Source: Octopus sinensis (lineage: Eukaryota). Taken from it: a DNA stretch of 64,000 nucleotides. How positions within the stretch are numbered: position 1 is the stretch's first letter; each line of letters starts with the position of its first letter. The stretch is taken from contig NC_043011.1 of the NCBI RefSeq assembly GCF_006345805.1, positions 42,544,464 through 42,608,463 of the forward strand. The letters run 5' to 3'. The notes beneath the pieces were generated by a model that saw nothing but the letters and a program-made list of their open reading frames with translations, did not search any database and was not told where the DNA came from. The position numbers and the translations under genes are program-made. This document shows positions 26,306 to 39,920 of this stretch, piece after piece.

Positions 26306-26410
26306 AAGTCCGTGAGTCACTTATTCAGCTTAAGTTAGATAACGCTTGTGTATGCGTGCATGTATATATATACGCATGTGTACATATATATTTGTATATA
26401 CATATGTATG

Positions 26411-26643
26411 TATTTCTTTACTGCCCTGAAGGAGCTAAACATAGAGGGGACAAACAAGGACAGATGAAGGGATTGAGTCGATTGCATCGACCCCGGTGCG
26501 TAACTGGTACTTTATTTATCGACCCCGAAAGGATGAAAGGCAAAGTTGACCTCGGCGGAATTTGAACTCAGAACGTAACGACAGACGAAATACCGCTAAG
26601 CACTTCGTCCGGCGTGCTAACGTGTCTGCCAGTTTGCTGCCTA
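26411..26643 (-). mobile_element. SINE family B, 11-bp TSD
   Basis: ACATATGTATG at 26400-26410 and 26644-26654. Confidence 0.9.
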
Positions 26644-26680
26644 ACATATGTATGCTAGTATATGTGTGTGTGTCTGTGTA

Positions 26681-26715
<35 letters not shown>

Positions 26716-26889
26716 CATCATCGTTTAACATCCGTTTTCCATGCTAGCATGGGTTGGACGGTTCGACCGTAGTCTGGGAAGCCAGGGGGCTGCAGCAGGC
26801 TCCAGTCTGATCTGGTAGTGTTTCTACTGCTGGATGCCCTTCCTAACGCCAACCACTCCGTGACTGTAGTGGGTGCTTTTATATATAAT

Positions 26890-27190
26890 ATAAATAAAGG
26901 GTAAAAAACCTCCTTCGGTCAGTAACTACCATGGGATTGCACCTAGAATGTTAGTCCCTGAGGAACAACTCTGGGCAAGGTTGTTTATGGAAGACCAGCA
27001 GTTACCCATGCATACCAGCCTCCCCTCTTCACATTACCAATGTTATCTGAGGGAAAGGCAAAGGCCAATACAGCTTGGCAACTGGAGCAATGTGAAATAG
27101 TGTCTTGCTCAAGAGCACAACATGCAGCCCAGTCCAGGAGTCTAACTCACTAGCTCATGATTGTTGGCCCAATGCTTTAAGCGAGCCATG
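26890..27190 (-). mobile_element. Degenerate tRNA-SINE (family F)
   Basis: ..ggagcaatgtgaaatagtgtcttgctcaagagcacaac.. segment is shared with about 33990-34130, which keeps a reverse tRNA-like head. Confidence 0.5.
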
Positions 27191-27858
27191 TGCCTTCAAA
27201 CACACACACATACATAGGTAGATATAAAGAGAGAGAGTTGTATATTTGAGAGGTGATGTGGAAAACCCGTGGCCTGCCAGTCAGTCATTGATGATGCATT
27301 AATTACTTTAAATGGTTTAGACTTGGAATCAAAATCTTGTCTGCACATCTTGTGTAGTATTTGACAGCAAAGTAGAATCTACCTGCTAGAAATTGCAGCC
27401 AAATATTTGTCAAGTCACATCTGGAAAGAATGCATGGCATAATATAGTACTAGATACACTATGAATGATGATGATGATGAATGTATGGCTTCTGATTATA
27501 GGTTTGATTAGTTCAGCAGGGCTAAAAATAAAAACGACTACAACAACAACAAAAATGTAATCGTATTGTTTAACGAATAAGTTTCATTATTGTTACCTAA
27601 ACAAACTTATTGGTTCATTAATTTCATTTCAAGAAATTCTCTCAACATCTTTGAAGTTGGCTGGTAACCAGGAAACTAGGCACTTTGCCAATACCTCTTA
27701 ATAACACAAGCTGTTTTCTATACACAGACATCTCAAAAGTAAATAGACACACCTAATTATTTACTAATTATATATACATGTGTAGATGTGTATGTATATT
27801 TATATGCGTGTGTGTGTGTGTGGATTTATATTTATGCCTATATATATATGTATGCCTC

Positions 27859-28275
27859 AGTGTTGGGCCTCACGGAGGCATGGTAGCTGAGTTCCTTTTG
27901 AGTGTTGGGCCTCACGGAGGCATGGTGGCTGAGTTCCTTTTGAGTGTTGGGCCTCACGGAGGCACAGTGGCTGAGTTCCTTTCAGGTATTGGGCCTCACG
28001 GTGGCTGAGTACCTTTCGAGTGTTGGGCCTCACGGAGGCATGATGGCTGAGTACCTTTCGAGTGTTGGGCCTCATGGAGGCATGGTGGCTGAGTTCCTTT
28101 CGAGTGTTGGGCCTCACGGAGGCAAAGTGGCTGAGTTCTTTTCGAGTATTGGGCCTCACAGAGGCAATGGCCATGACCTTTGGCATTATGTGGTGCTTGA
28201 GAAGACCCATCAAGCCAAGCAAAATCACAGTCATGACAGATACCGGTGTCATGCAAATCGCCGGTGGCATGTAAA
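27859..28275 (+). repeat. 42-bp tandem array (about 7 units, one shortened) at the 5' end of a truncated RTE fragment
   Basis: Unit AGTGTTGGGCCTCACGGAGGCATGGTGGCTGAGTTCCTTTYG. The last unit runs into ordinary RTE sequence (GLTEAM...). Confidence 0.85.
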
Positions 28276-28304
28276 CACATCCCAGTGTCATGAAAATGTG
28301 TATA

Positions 28305-28334
<30 letters not shown>

Positions 28335-28337
<3 letters not shown>

Positions 28338-30510
28338 TCATCGTTATCGTTTAACATATGCTTCCCAAGCTGGCATGGGTTGGGCAGTTTGACTGAAAAC
28401 TGGTAAGCCACTGGGCTGCACCAGGTTCCAATCTGATTTGCTAAGATTTCTACACCTGGATGCCCTTCCTAATGCCAACCACTCCGAATATAGTGGATGC
28501 TGTTTGTGTGCGACCAGCATTGGCCACAGCTATGGTCTCACTTGGCTTGACAGGTCAACACAAACACGGTATATCGCCAAGGGTCTTAGTCACCTGTCAT
28601 TGCCTCCATGATCTCCAATGCTTGAACGGTGCTTTTTATGTGCCAGCAGCACGGATGCCAGTCAGATGGCACTGGCATTGACCACACCTTCAATTTAACT
28701 CAGTTCAATATGTCTTCATAAGCACAGTATATTGTCCAATGATTGAAGGGTGCTTTTAACAGGCCAGTTACGTGACACATCACATGACCATACCAACACA
28801 GTCATCTCTCTTGCACACCACATCTGATGCTTCTTATGTCCAACTTTTCTCTCAGCAAGCTTACACTCTGTTGTGCCTGCACACTGACATTACACATCTA
28901 GCGGAGCATACTAGCTTCATTTCTTACAAGCTCATGCATGTCCTCAGCGGTCACAGCCCATATTTCACTGCCTTGTAGCATGGCTGTTTGCACACAGGCA
29001 TCATGCAGTCTGCCATTCACTCTGCAAGAGGCCCTTTGTTACCAACAGAGGTAGGAGTGCTCTGAACTTTGCCCAGGCTATTCTTATTCTAGCAGCTATG
29101 CTAACAGAGCATCCACCCCTGCTACTTACTTGGTCACAGAATCTATCTACTACTAGTTTTTCTCCCTGGCATGTGATGGAATCTGTTTTCTGTATGTTTT
29201 TGGTGTCTATTATCTTAGTGCACCTTCCACGCACAAAAACTATCTTCTCTGTTAAACTTCTGATATTGCTGCACCTCTTATGTGTCCATAGCTTACACTG
29301 GGTACATCTTCTATCTACGTCTTTTCCTCAGTTCAAGCAGAGCCATCTACCTGATGAGATTTTTGATTTGTTCGCCTTCTAACTCACTAAGATTTTAGTT
29401 TTTGCTAGGTTAACTCTAAGGACTTTCGATTCTAGAACTTGCTTCCACACCTGAAACTTTTAGTTTTGGTAGTGACCCAGCTATTAGAGCAAGGTCATCA
29501 GCATAGAGGAGCTCCCAGGGCAGCCTGTCTTGAATTCCTCTGTTATTGTCTGGAGGACTATGACAAGCAAGAAGGGGCTTAGGACTGGTCCTTAGTGAAC
29601 CCCTACTTGTACCCTGAATTTTTTGCTGTACTCATTGCCAACCCTCACCTTACTGGCAGCTTCTCTGAACATGGCTAGTACAGCTCTCACCAACCACTCA
29701 TCTATCCCTAGTTTCCACATTGACCACCAGATAAGGGATTGGGGACCCCTGCCAAAGGCTTTCTCCATGTCAACAAAAGCCAAGTACAGAAGTTTATCTT
29801 TGGCTAGGTATTTCTCCTGCAACTGTCTTACCAGAAATATAGCATCAGTGGTGCTTTTCCCTGGCACAAACCCAAATTGCATCTCATCTAAATTAACTCT
29901 CCCCTTAATTAGTTGGGCTATGACCCTCTCTGAAACTTTCATCACTTGATCCAACAGTTTGATACCTTTGTAGCAGTTGACTATGGTGCTGCTACACCAG
30001 TCGTTGGGTATGACTCTTTGTATCACTTGGTTAATTATATAGGTGACTACACCATAGCCTACACTGCCAGATATTTTAATGATCTCGGCGGTGATTTCTG
30101 ATGAGCCAGGTGCTTTCTCTGTCTTCATAGCCTTAATTGCATTATCTACCAAGGTACTGTCAATTCGGATAGCTGGTCCCTCAGTTGGATCAACATTTGG
30201 CAGGCTCTCTTTCTCTCATTCATTCTCTTCATTGAGCAGTCTTTTATTGTAGCATCTCCATGTCTCTTTCTTTGCAGCATCATTAACTGCAAGTTAGGAG
30301 ACATTTCTCCCCTAGGACATTGTGATTTTCTCTCACACACTGTCTTGCAATTTGAAATACTTAAATTTCTGGTCCTCACGATGCAGAACATTAGCAGATC
30401 TCTTTTCTGCTTCCTCTCTGGCTAAGTAAACCTGTCTCCTAACTTCCCTTCTGGCTATCTGCTACAATTCCTTACTGCCACCATGCTTCCAGTCCTGTTT
30501 CTTGTCTCTA
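28335..30510 (-). mobile_element. Degenerate RTE LINE (third lineage), RT region through 3' UTR
   Basis: QFGFVPGKSTTDAIFLVRQLQEKYLAKDKLLYLAFVDMEKAF, LYADDL motif, (GAT) tail at the left end. Confidence 0.9.
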
Positions 30511-30608
30511 ATGATCCTGTCAATTACATTTGTATGTATGTATGTATATGTTTATTTAAGTATACATGTGTGTATATATGTATGTATATTTGTGTGTATA
30601 TATATATA

Positions 30609-32565
30609 TCAGGAATTGCCACTAAGATGCTTAAAATATCGGGTGGTGTGGGTTATGGTCTTGTCAACTGCATCGTAAATCGGGTAGTTCATGAAGGAGT
30701 CATACCCAATGACTGGTGTAGCAGCACCATAGTCAACTGTTACAAAGGTAAAGGTGATGCTTTAGATAGAAATAACTACAGGGATATCAAATTATTGGAT
30801 CAGGTGAGCCCAACTAATTAGGGAGAGAGTTAGCCTAGATGAGATGCAGTTTGGTTTTGTGCCAGGCAGAAGCACCACTGATGCTATATTTCTGGTAAGG
30901 CAACTGCAGGAAAAATAGCCAAAGATAAACCTCTGTACTTGGCTTTTGCCAATTTGGAGAAAGCCTTTGATAGGGTCCCCCGATTTCTTATCTGGTGGTC
31001 AATGCAGAAACTGGGGGTAGACGAGTGGTTGGTAAGAGCTGTACAAGCCCTGTACAGGGATGCTGTCAGTAAGGTGAGGGTTGACAACGGGTATAGTGAA
31101 GAATTCCAGGCAAATGTAGGGGTTTACCAAGAATCGGTCCTCAGCCCCCTCTTATTCATTATAGTCCTCTAGGCTCTAACAGAAATTCAAGACAGGCTGC
31201 CCTTGGGAGCTCCTCTATGCTGATGACTTTGCTCTAATAGCCGAGTTACTGCCAGAACTAGAGACAAAGTTTAAGGTGTGGAATCAAGGTCTAGAAGCGA
31301 AGGGCCTTAAGGTTAACCTAGCAAAAACCAGAGTCTTAATAAGTAGGAAGGCTGACAAATCACAAACCCATTCAGGTAGATCTGTAGAATAGGCGTGGGT
31401 AGAAACTCCTTACGATGTACCTGGTTTAAGCTATGGACACATAAAAGGTACAGTAATATCAAAGGAAAGACAACTGGGAGGATAGTTTTTGTGTGTGGCA
31501 GATACGCAGGGGCAAGATCTACAGAAAACAGATTCCATCACATTCCAGGGAGAAAAACTAAAAAGTAGTTGATAGCTTCTATCAAGTCTGTAGTGGGGGT
31601 GGTTGCTCTGAGAGTGTAGCAGCTAGAATAAGAATAGCCTGGGCAAAGTTCAGGGAGCTCCTACTTTTGTTGGTAACTAAGGGCCTCTTGTTCAGGATGA
31701 AAGGTAGACTGTATGATGCATGTGTGCAAACTGCCATACTACATGGCAGTGAAACATGGGCCATGACTGCAAAGGATATGCGTAGGCTTGAAAGAAATGA
31801 AGCTAGTATGGTCTGCTGGATGTGTAATGTCAGTGTGCATACATGACAGAGTGTAAGCATCCTGAGAGAAAAGTTGGACATAAGAAGCATCAAATGTGGC
31901 GTGCAAATGGGACGACTGCGCTGGTATGGTCATGTGTTACGTATGGATGAGGACAGCTGTGTGAGGAAGTGCCACACTCTAACTGGAGAAGGAACCTGTG
32001 GAAGAGGTAGACCCAGGAAGACATGGGATGAGGTGGTGAAGCATGACCTTCAAATATTGGGCCTCACAGAGGCAATGGCAGGAGATCGAGACCTTAGGGG
32101 ATATGCTGTGATTGAGAAGACCCGGCAACTAAAGTGAGATTGCAGCCATCGCTGATGCCAGTGTTGCATGTCTGGGCCATTTAAGAGTACCCTCCATGCG
32201 TTGAACGATACATGCTTGAGGAAACCTGTTGAGTCAAGTAGAACCAAAATTGTAGCTGTGGCCAGTGCCCTGACTGGCTCCCATTCTGGTAACATGTAAA
32301 ATGCATCATCTGAACCTGGTCGATGCCAATGTTGCCTGACTAGCTCCCGTGCTGGTGGCATGTAAAAAGCATCCTAATGTGATCGATGTCAGGCACATAA
32401 AAAGCACCCAATACACTCTCAGAATGGTTGGTGTTAGGAAGGGCATCCAGCTGTAGAAACATTGCCAGATCAGATTGGAGCCTGGTGCAGCCACTGGCTC
32501 TCCTGACCTCAGTCAAACCGTCCAACCCATGCCAGCATGGAAAACGGACATTAGATGATGATGAT
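30609..32565 (+). mobile_element. Degenerate RTE LINE, same family as 28335-30510, opposite orientation
   Basis: NYRDIKLLDQ, AFANLEKAFDRVPR, QESVLSPLLF, LYADD, RWYGHVLR, GRGRPRKTW, 3' UTR and (GAT)n tail. Confidence 0.92.
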
Positions 32566-32593
32566 ATGTATGTGTGGTTATAGTTATGTGTGT

Positions 32594-32930
32594 ATGAGTG
32601 TATATACATGGGTATGAGTGTATATATACATGGGTATGAGTGTATATATACATGGGTATGAGTGTATATATACATGGGTATGAGTGTATGTATACATGGG
32701 TATGAGTGTATGTATACATGGGTATGAGTGTATGTATACATGGGTATGAGTGTATGTATACATGGGTATGAGTGTATGTATACATGGGTATGAGTGTATG
32801 TATACATGGGTATGAGTGTATGTATACATGGGTATGAGTGTATGTATACATGGGTATGAGTGTATGTATACATGGGTATGAGTGTATGTATACATGGGTA
32901 TGAGTGTATGTATACATGGGTATGAGTGTA
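32594..32930. repeat. 22-bp minisatellite, about 15 copies
   Basis: TGAGTGTATGTATACATGGGTA. Abuts the RTE (GAT)n tail region. Confidence 0.95.
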
Positions 32931-34476
32931 TATGCATGTGTATGAGTGTATATGCATGTGTATGTGTGTATATGCATGTGTATGTAAACACACACACCCA
33001 TTCACTCTAGCCTTCCAGGGTCAGGCTGCTTCCTTGGCTTTTCTTCAAAACTTGACATTGTTTTCTTTTCCTTTGTTTAAAACTTAAGATCAATGCTGCT
33101 TTCTCCCAAAGACTTCAGGCTTCTTTCTTGTGTGAAAGTTCAAAAACAGACGAGGAATAATTTGGTCAAGAACCAAGTAATTGGAGCTGATCTGAATTGC
33201 ACCAGTGGGTGTTATTGGCATATAGGAAATACTTTACAATATAATTATCTTGTAATTTTGAAATTTGCCAAAGTATATGACAATATCACACAATATGGCA
33301 CTCTGTCAATTACGATAATGGGGGTTCCAGTTGATCCAATCAATGGAACAGCTTGCTCATGGAATTAACGTGTATGCAGCTGAGCGCTTCATAGACACAT
33401 GTACCCTTAATGTTGTTCTCTGAGAGATTCAGTGTCAAACAGAGTGTGACAAGGCTGGCCGTGGCCTATGCCAGTGCTATATAATGAGTCCATTTAAGAG
33501 TATCCTTCAATTGTTGGACAATAAACTATGCTTGCGAAGACTTGTTGAGGCAAGTAAAATCACTGTCATGACAGTACCACCTGATTGGCACCCGTGCCAG
33601 TGGAACGTTAAAAGCACCATTCGAGCATGATCATTGCCAGGGCTGCTGACTGGCTCCTGTGCTGGTAGCACGTAAAAGAGCACCATTCGAGCATGGTTGT
33701 TGCCAGTGCTGCCAGACTGGCTCCTGTGCAGGTGTCACGTAAAAAGCACCATTTGAGCGTGGCTGATGCCAGTACTGCCTGACTGGCCCTCGTGCCGGTG
33801 GCACATAAAAGCACCCACTACACTCTGTGAGTGGTTGGCGTTAGGAAGGGCATCCAGCTGTAGAAACTTTGCCAGATCAGATTGGAGACTTGTGAAGCCT
33901 TCTGGCTCGCTAGCCCTCAGTCAAACCATCCAACCCATGCCAGCATGGAAAGTGGACGTTAAATGATGATGATGGTGATGATGATATAACTCATTTTTGC
34001 CAGCTGAGTGGACTGGAGCAATGTAAAATAAAGTGTCTTGCTCAAGGACACAACACGTCGCCAGGAATTGAACTCATGACCTTGCGATTGTGAGCTGAAT
34101 ACCCCTAACCACTAAGCCACAGGCCTTCATCACAATGTACAAATAGCAAAATGTATTTGTTGTGTTCTTGTACCATTGTTGTTAACCCCTAGGTTATCTA
34201 TAGTTTAGCACTCCTGTGATTAAAAGACATTCAAGTTGTGACCATCCCATTGTTTTATCTCCTTTTATCTTTCTGTCTTTTCTCAGTCATTGGGCTGTGG
34301 CCTTTCTATGGCCACCACCTTGAGGGGGTTTAGTCAAACAAATCGCCTCCAATACTTATTTTGTGAAGTCTCATACTTATTCTGACTGTTTTGCTGAACT
34401 GCTAAGTTACAAGGACATATACCAACATCAGTTGTCAAGCAATGGTAGGGGGACAAACACAAAACATGCCACATAC

Positions 34477-34510
<34 letters not shown>

Positions 34511-36079
34511 GTGTGTGTGTATGTATGTGTGTGTCTGTGTATACACAATGGGCTTCTACATAGTTTCTTTCTACCAAATTCATTCACAAGCTATTGCTTG
34601 ACCCAGGGCTATAATAGAAGACACTTGCCCAAGTTGCAACACAGTGGAATTGAACCTGAAACCTCATGGTTGCAAAGTGAGCCTCTTAAGCACATATTAT
34701 ACCTGCACCTTGGAAAAATTTTATGCAATTTGTCCTTCCTTTTCTTAGATGGTTATATGTGTTTTGAGGGAGATTTTGGTTGTTATTTACAGCAGGTCAA
34801 TTGATAGTATAGAGCTGTGGTACTCATCATCATCATCATCGTTTAATGTCCGTTCTCCATGCTAGCATGGGTTGGACGGTTCGACCGGGGATCTGGGAAG
34901 CCAGAAGGCTGCACCAGGCTCCAGTCTGATCTGGTAGTGTTTCTACAGCTGGATGCCCTTCCTAACGCCAACCACTCCGTGAGTGTAGTGGGTGCTTTTT
35001 TATGTGCCACCGGCACAGGTACCGGGCGAGGCTGGCAACGGCCACGATCGGATTGATGCATTTTACGTGCCACAACTCAATTTTTTCCTATGGATCCCAA
35101 TAGCCATTCAATGTTTAAATAAAGTCCTAATTTTATAATTGAATATTATTAGGAATTGTGTAAAGAAATTTTTGAAATATTTTCTATATTTTAAAAGCAT
35201 TATGAATTTTATTCCACATAAATTTTAACAACAAAATCTTATGAAAGTGTAGGTGTGGCTGTGTGGTAAGAAACTTGCTTCCCAATCACATGGTTCTGGG
35301 TTCTGCATGGCACTTCAGGCAAGTATCTTCTACTCTAGCCTCAGGCTGACCAAAGCCTTGCCGACCTCAGTGCTTTCTTTCATAATAAGCCTGGTACCTA
35401 TTCTGTTGCTGAACTGCTAAGTTATGTGTTCTTAAACACACCAAGACTGGTTGTCAAGCAGTGGTGAGGACAGACACAGCCACAAAGACACAAATACATA
35501 CACACATGCGCACACACACACACACCAGGCTTCTTTCAGTTCCTGTCACCAAATCTACTCTAAAAGTTTTGGTCAACACAAGGCTGTAGCTGAAGACACT
35601 TACCCAAGGTTCCATGCAAAGGGACTGAACTTGGGATCATGTGATTGGAAAGCTAACTCCTTACCCCACAGTCACACCTGTGCCATAGTATAATTTTATT
35701 TATTAGTACAAAAATAATTTGGTGTTGATCAACTGAAGCTTCCTGATATCATTTCGTGTTTTGGTCAAATTTTGATGGAATTTAAATTTGAGCACTAAAA
35801 CAAATGGCTACATATTGATTGGTATCAAAAAAGGTTTAAAGCTCTCCATGTGATTGTTTTTAAATTAACACTGCTTTTACAGCAATGTGATTATGTGCGA
35901 AATAAACAGAAAGACTGGCATCTCAGCTGTTTGTTGCGAAGATGTAGAATAAAGTACATTACTTGAAAGTAAGTAACAATTGATGTCAGGAAGGTGATCT
36001 GACTGTAGAATATTCCCTCAAGACATCTTGTCCAACCCATGCCAACATAGAAAAAAACAAACAAAAAAAAAAAAAAGAC

Positions 36080-36470
36080 AGGTGTAGGAGTGGCTGTGTG
36101 GTAAGTAGCTTGCTTAAGAACCACATGGTTCCGGGTGCAATCCCACTGCATGGCACCTTGGGCAAGTGTCTTCTAATATAGCCTTGGGTTGACCAAACCC
36201 TTGTGAGTGGATTTAGTAGAGGAAACTGAAGGAAGCCTGTCGTATTTTTGTGTATGTGTTTGTCTGTGTGTGTCCCTCCAACATCGCTTGACAACCGCTG
36301 CTGGTGTGTTTACGTCCCCGTAACTTAGTGGTTCAGCAAAAGAGACCGATAGAATAAGTACTAGGGTTACAAAGAATAAGTCTTGGGGTCGATTTGCTCG
36401 ACTAAAGGCGGTGCTCCTGCATGGCCACAGTCAAATGACTGAAACAAGTAAAAGAGAGTAAAGAGAGAGT
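36080..36470 (+). mobile_element. SINE family A
   Basis: Same head, body and tail as 14916-15332. Confidence 0.88.
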
Positions 36471-36720
36471 CATAATAATGATGATAGTGTTGAACTATGA
36501 TTAGTAGAATTGCAATACTTTTTTTGTCATTACTTTTGAAATTCTCTCTATATCAGGAGTTTGAAGTAAACTTCACGAGTGCCATGCAGTAGAACTGAAC
36601 CTGAAATCATGTGGCTGGGAAGCAAAATTCTTACTGCTCAACCACATCTGTTATTAACTATGATTAATTAAAAGATATACAAAAAGAAAGGCAACAAAAA
36701 TTCTTACCCATATTACATAT

Positions 36721-37130
36721 ATATTTCTTTACTGCCCACAAGGGGCTAAACACAGAGAGGACAAACAAGGACAGACAAAGGTATTAAATCGATTACATTG
36801 ACCCCAGTGCGTAACTGGTACTTTATTTATCGACCCCGAAAGGATGAAAGGCAAAGTCGACCATGGCGGAATTTGAACTCAGAACGTAGCGGCAGACAAA
36901 ATACCTATTTCTTTACTACCCACAAGGGGCTAAACACAGAGGGGACAAACAAGGACAGATAAACAGATTAAGTCGATTACATCGACCCCAGTGCATAACT
37001 GGTACTTAATTTATTAACCCTGAAAGGATAAGTCTACCTCGGCGGAATTTGAACTCAGTACGTAACGGCAGACAAAATACGGCTACGCATTTTGCCCGGC
37101 GTGCTAACGTTTCTGCCAGCTCGCCGCCTT
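36721..37130 (-). mobile_element. SINE family B with duplicated 3' part inside one 12-bp TSD
   Basis: CATATTACATAT at 36709-36720 and 37131-37142. Two tails, one head. Confidence 0.88.
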
Positions 37131-38939
37131 CATATTACATATTACATATATTTGAGTAAGCCTTCAACCATGATATGTTGAGCCAGCTCCAGTCTTGAAC
37201 AAGAAGCTGGCAACATCCAGAAAACACAGACATTGAATGCTGTGATTATTAACTGGTTGTAATTCTAATGGTGTATGCTATACATGAAGATCCCACTCTC
37301 TTTTAAAACTTTTACCCCTCTCCATCTCTGATCTACTATCTGTATGCTCTCATACACTTACCTTGTATATTGAGGTGTTTGCTATTTTATTGCCACCACC
37401 ACCACCGCCATCATCATCATCGTTTAACGTCTGTTTTCCATGCTAGCATGGGTTGGACGGTTCAACTGGGGTCTGGGGATCCAGTAGGCTGCGCCAGGCC
37501 CAGTCAGATCTGGCAGTGTTTCTACAGCTGGATGCCCTTCCTAACGCCAACCACTCCGTGAGTGTAGTGGGTGCTTTTTACGTGCCACCTGCACAGGTGG
37601 CAGACGAGGCTGGCAAACAGCCACAATCGGATGGTGCTTTTTACGTGCCACCGGCACGGAGGCCAGTTGGGGCGGCGCTGGCAATGGCCACGTTCGGATG
37701 GTTCTCTTATGTGCCACCAGCACTGGTATCACAGCTACAATTTCCATTGATGTTGATCGATTTCGATTTTGATTTTCACTTGCCCCAACAAGTCTTCACA
37801 AGTAGGGTTTGTGTCACAAGAAGGAAAAGTATGCATAAGTGGGCTGGCTACATCCCAGGTAGAGGCCATGGGTTATGGTCTCACTTGTCCTGCCGGGTCT
37901 TCCCACGCACAGCATACTTCCAAAGGTCTCTATCTATTTTCCTGCTACTCCTACCCAACCCTGTATAATGCAGGCGAGCCTTGCATCTTTGTAGCAAGAC
38001 ACCTGGGCTTGTCCCTGTCACACATTAGTGCCTTTACACCTTACTTGGGCCATCACCCCTTCTTGTCTCAAATATTCCACCATCACCCCCATGTAGTCAA
38101 GGAGGTTTTATTTTTTTCCTTCTTCCTCTTTTATTGACAAATGCTGAATGAAATAACTACTAGAGTGATCTCAGAACTGGAGCTGATTTGATTAAGTATA
38201 TCCTTGTGGGAAGTACATCATTATCATCATCATCATCATCATCATGCTAAACTAATGACTGAAACCAATGAAAGAATAGAGTTTGTTAGAGTTAAGGACG
38301 TTAGTTGGTGACCTTCACTAGTGTTGGTGACACAAGAAAATGCACTCACTAGTACAGAGTGGTTAGCTTTAGGAAGGGCAATGTCCAACTCATGCCAGCA
38401 TGGAAAATAGACACCAAATGATGATGATGATTGTTCTAACCCAGGCTTTCATTTGTCTAATTCTAGTCTGCATGTGTCATACCCTGACTTGTTTGTTAGT
38501 GCTAAAAAAAAAAAAAACCCATCAGTTTGTGATAGAATAAATACTATGTGAAATACTAGTATCGATTATCAACCATTGAGCAATACTTTTTTAGTCATTC
38601 CTTCAGCATGACTACAGTTCGGTAACTAAAACTAGTAAAAGAATTATATGAAAAAAAAAACAACAAAAAGAAAAAAAACAAAAGTAGTATCACCTTTGGT
38701 GAGTGTGGTATATTTATCAAATATATCCTGTTACTATCATAAAATAAATGAATTAGACAAAACAAAATATTGACCTCCTATCTGATTACGTCAATCACAT
38801 TGACTAGAAATGAAGAATGTTTTATATTATCTAAACTGATAGCAAACATTGATAGAAAAAATACTTTTTTTCTCATCCATTTTCCGTGTGATAAATGTCT
38901 GTTTCTTCTGGTTGTTGCTTAGCAGTAGTTCACACTAAA

Positions 38940-39148
38940 AACAAATGTATGCATATGTGTGTGTGTGTGTGTGTGTGTACTTGTGAATGTATGAGTGTGT
39001 ATTTATGTGCCTGCGTATATGTAGATGTATGTATTTGTGTACATGTGGATCTCTGTTGTATACATGTGTGTGTATATGTATATTCCTGTGTGTGTATATG
39101 TGGGTGTGTGCACATATATACATGCATACATACACATATCTATCTATC

Positions 39149-39182
<34 letters not shown>

Positions 39183-39194
39183 CACACATACATA

Positions 39195-39278
<84 letters not shown>

Positions 39279-39324
39279 CATATATATACATATATATATA
39301 TACATACATATATATATAATATAT

Positions 39325-39355
<31 letters not shown>

Positions 39356-39407
39356 CATACATATATATATATATATATATACATACATATATATATATAT
39401 ATATTAC

Positions 39408-39440
<33 letters not shown>

Positions 39441-39544
39441 ATACATATATATATATATATATACATATATTATATATATATATATACATACATATATATT
39501 ATATATATATACATACATATATATATATATATATACTACATACA

Positions 39545-39596
<52 letters not shown>

Positions 39597-39597
39597 T

Positions 39598-39670
<73 letters not shown>

Positions 39671-39687
39671 CATATATATATATATAT

Positions 39688-39746
<59 letters not shown>

Positions 39747-39920
39747 CATACATATATATATATATACATATATATATAACATACATATATATATACATAT
39801 ATATATATACATACATATATATATATATACATATATATATATACATACATATATATATATATTATATATATATATATATATACATATATACATGTTATCT
39901 ATCATTCTGTGTGTGTGTGT
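38940..39920. repeat. About 1-kb (TA)n/(TACA)n array
   Basis: Read directly. Confidence 0.97.

Noticed and set aside
38895-39905. Long ORFs of up to 294 aa rich in Y/I/H/T/C/V (also at about 3400-3735, 24750-25360, 32340-33005)
   Set aside because: Translations of microsatellites and minisatellites, which lack stop codons by composition.
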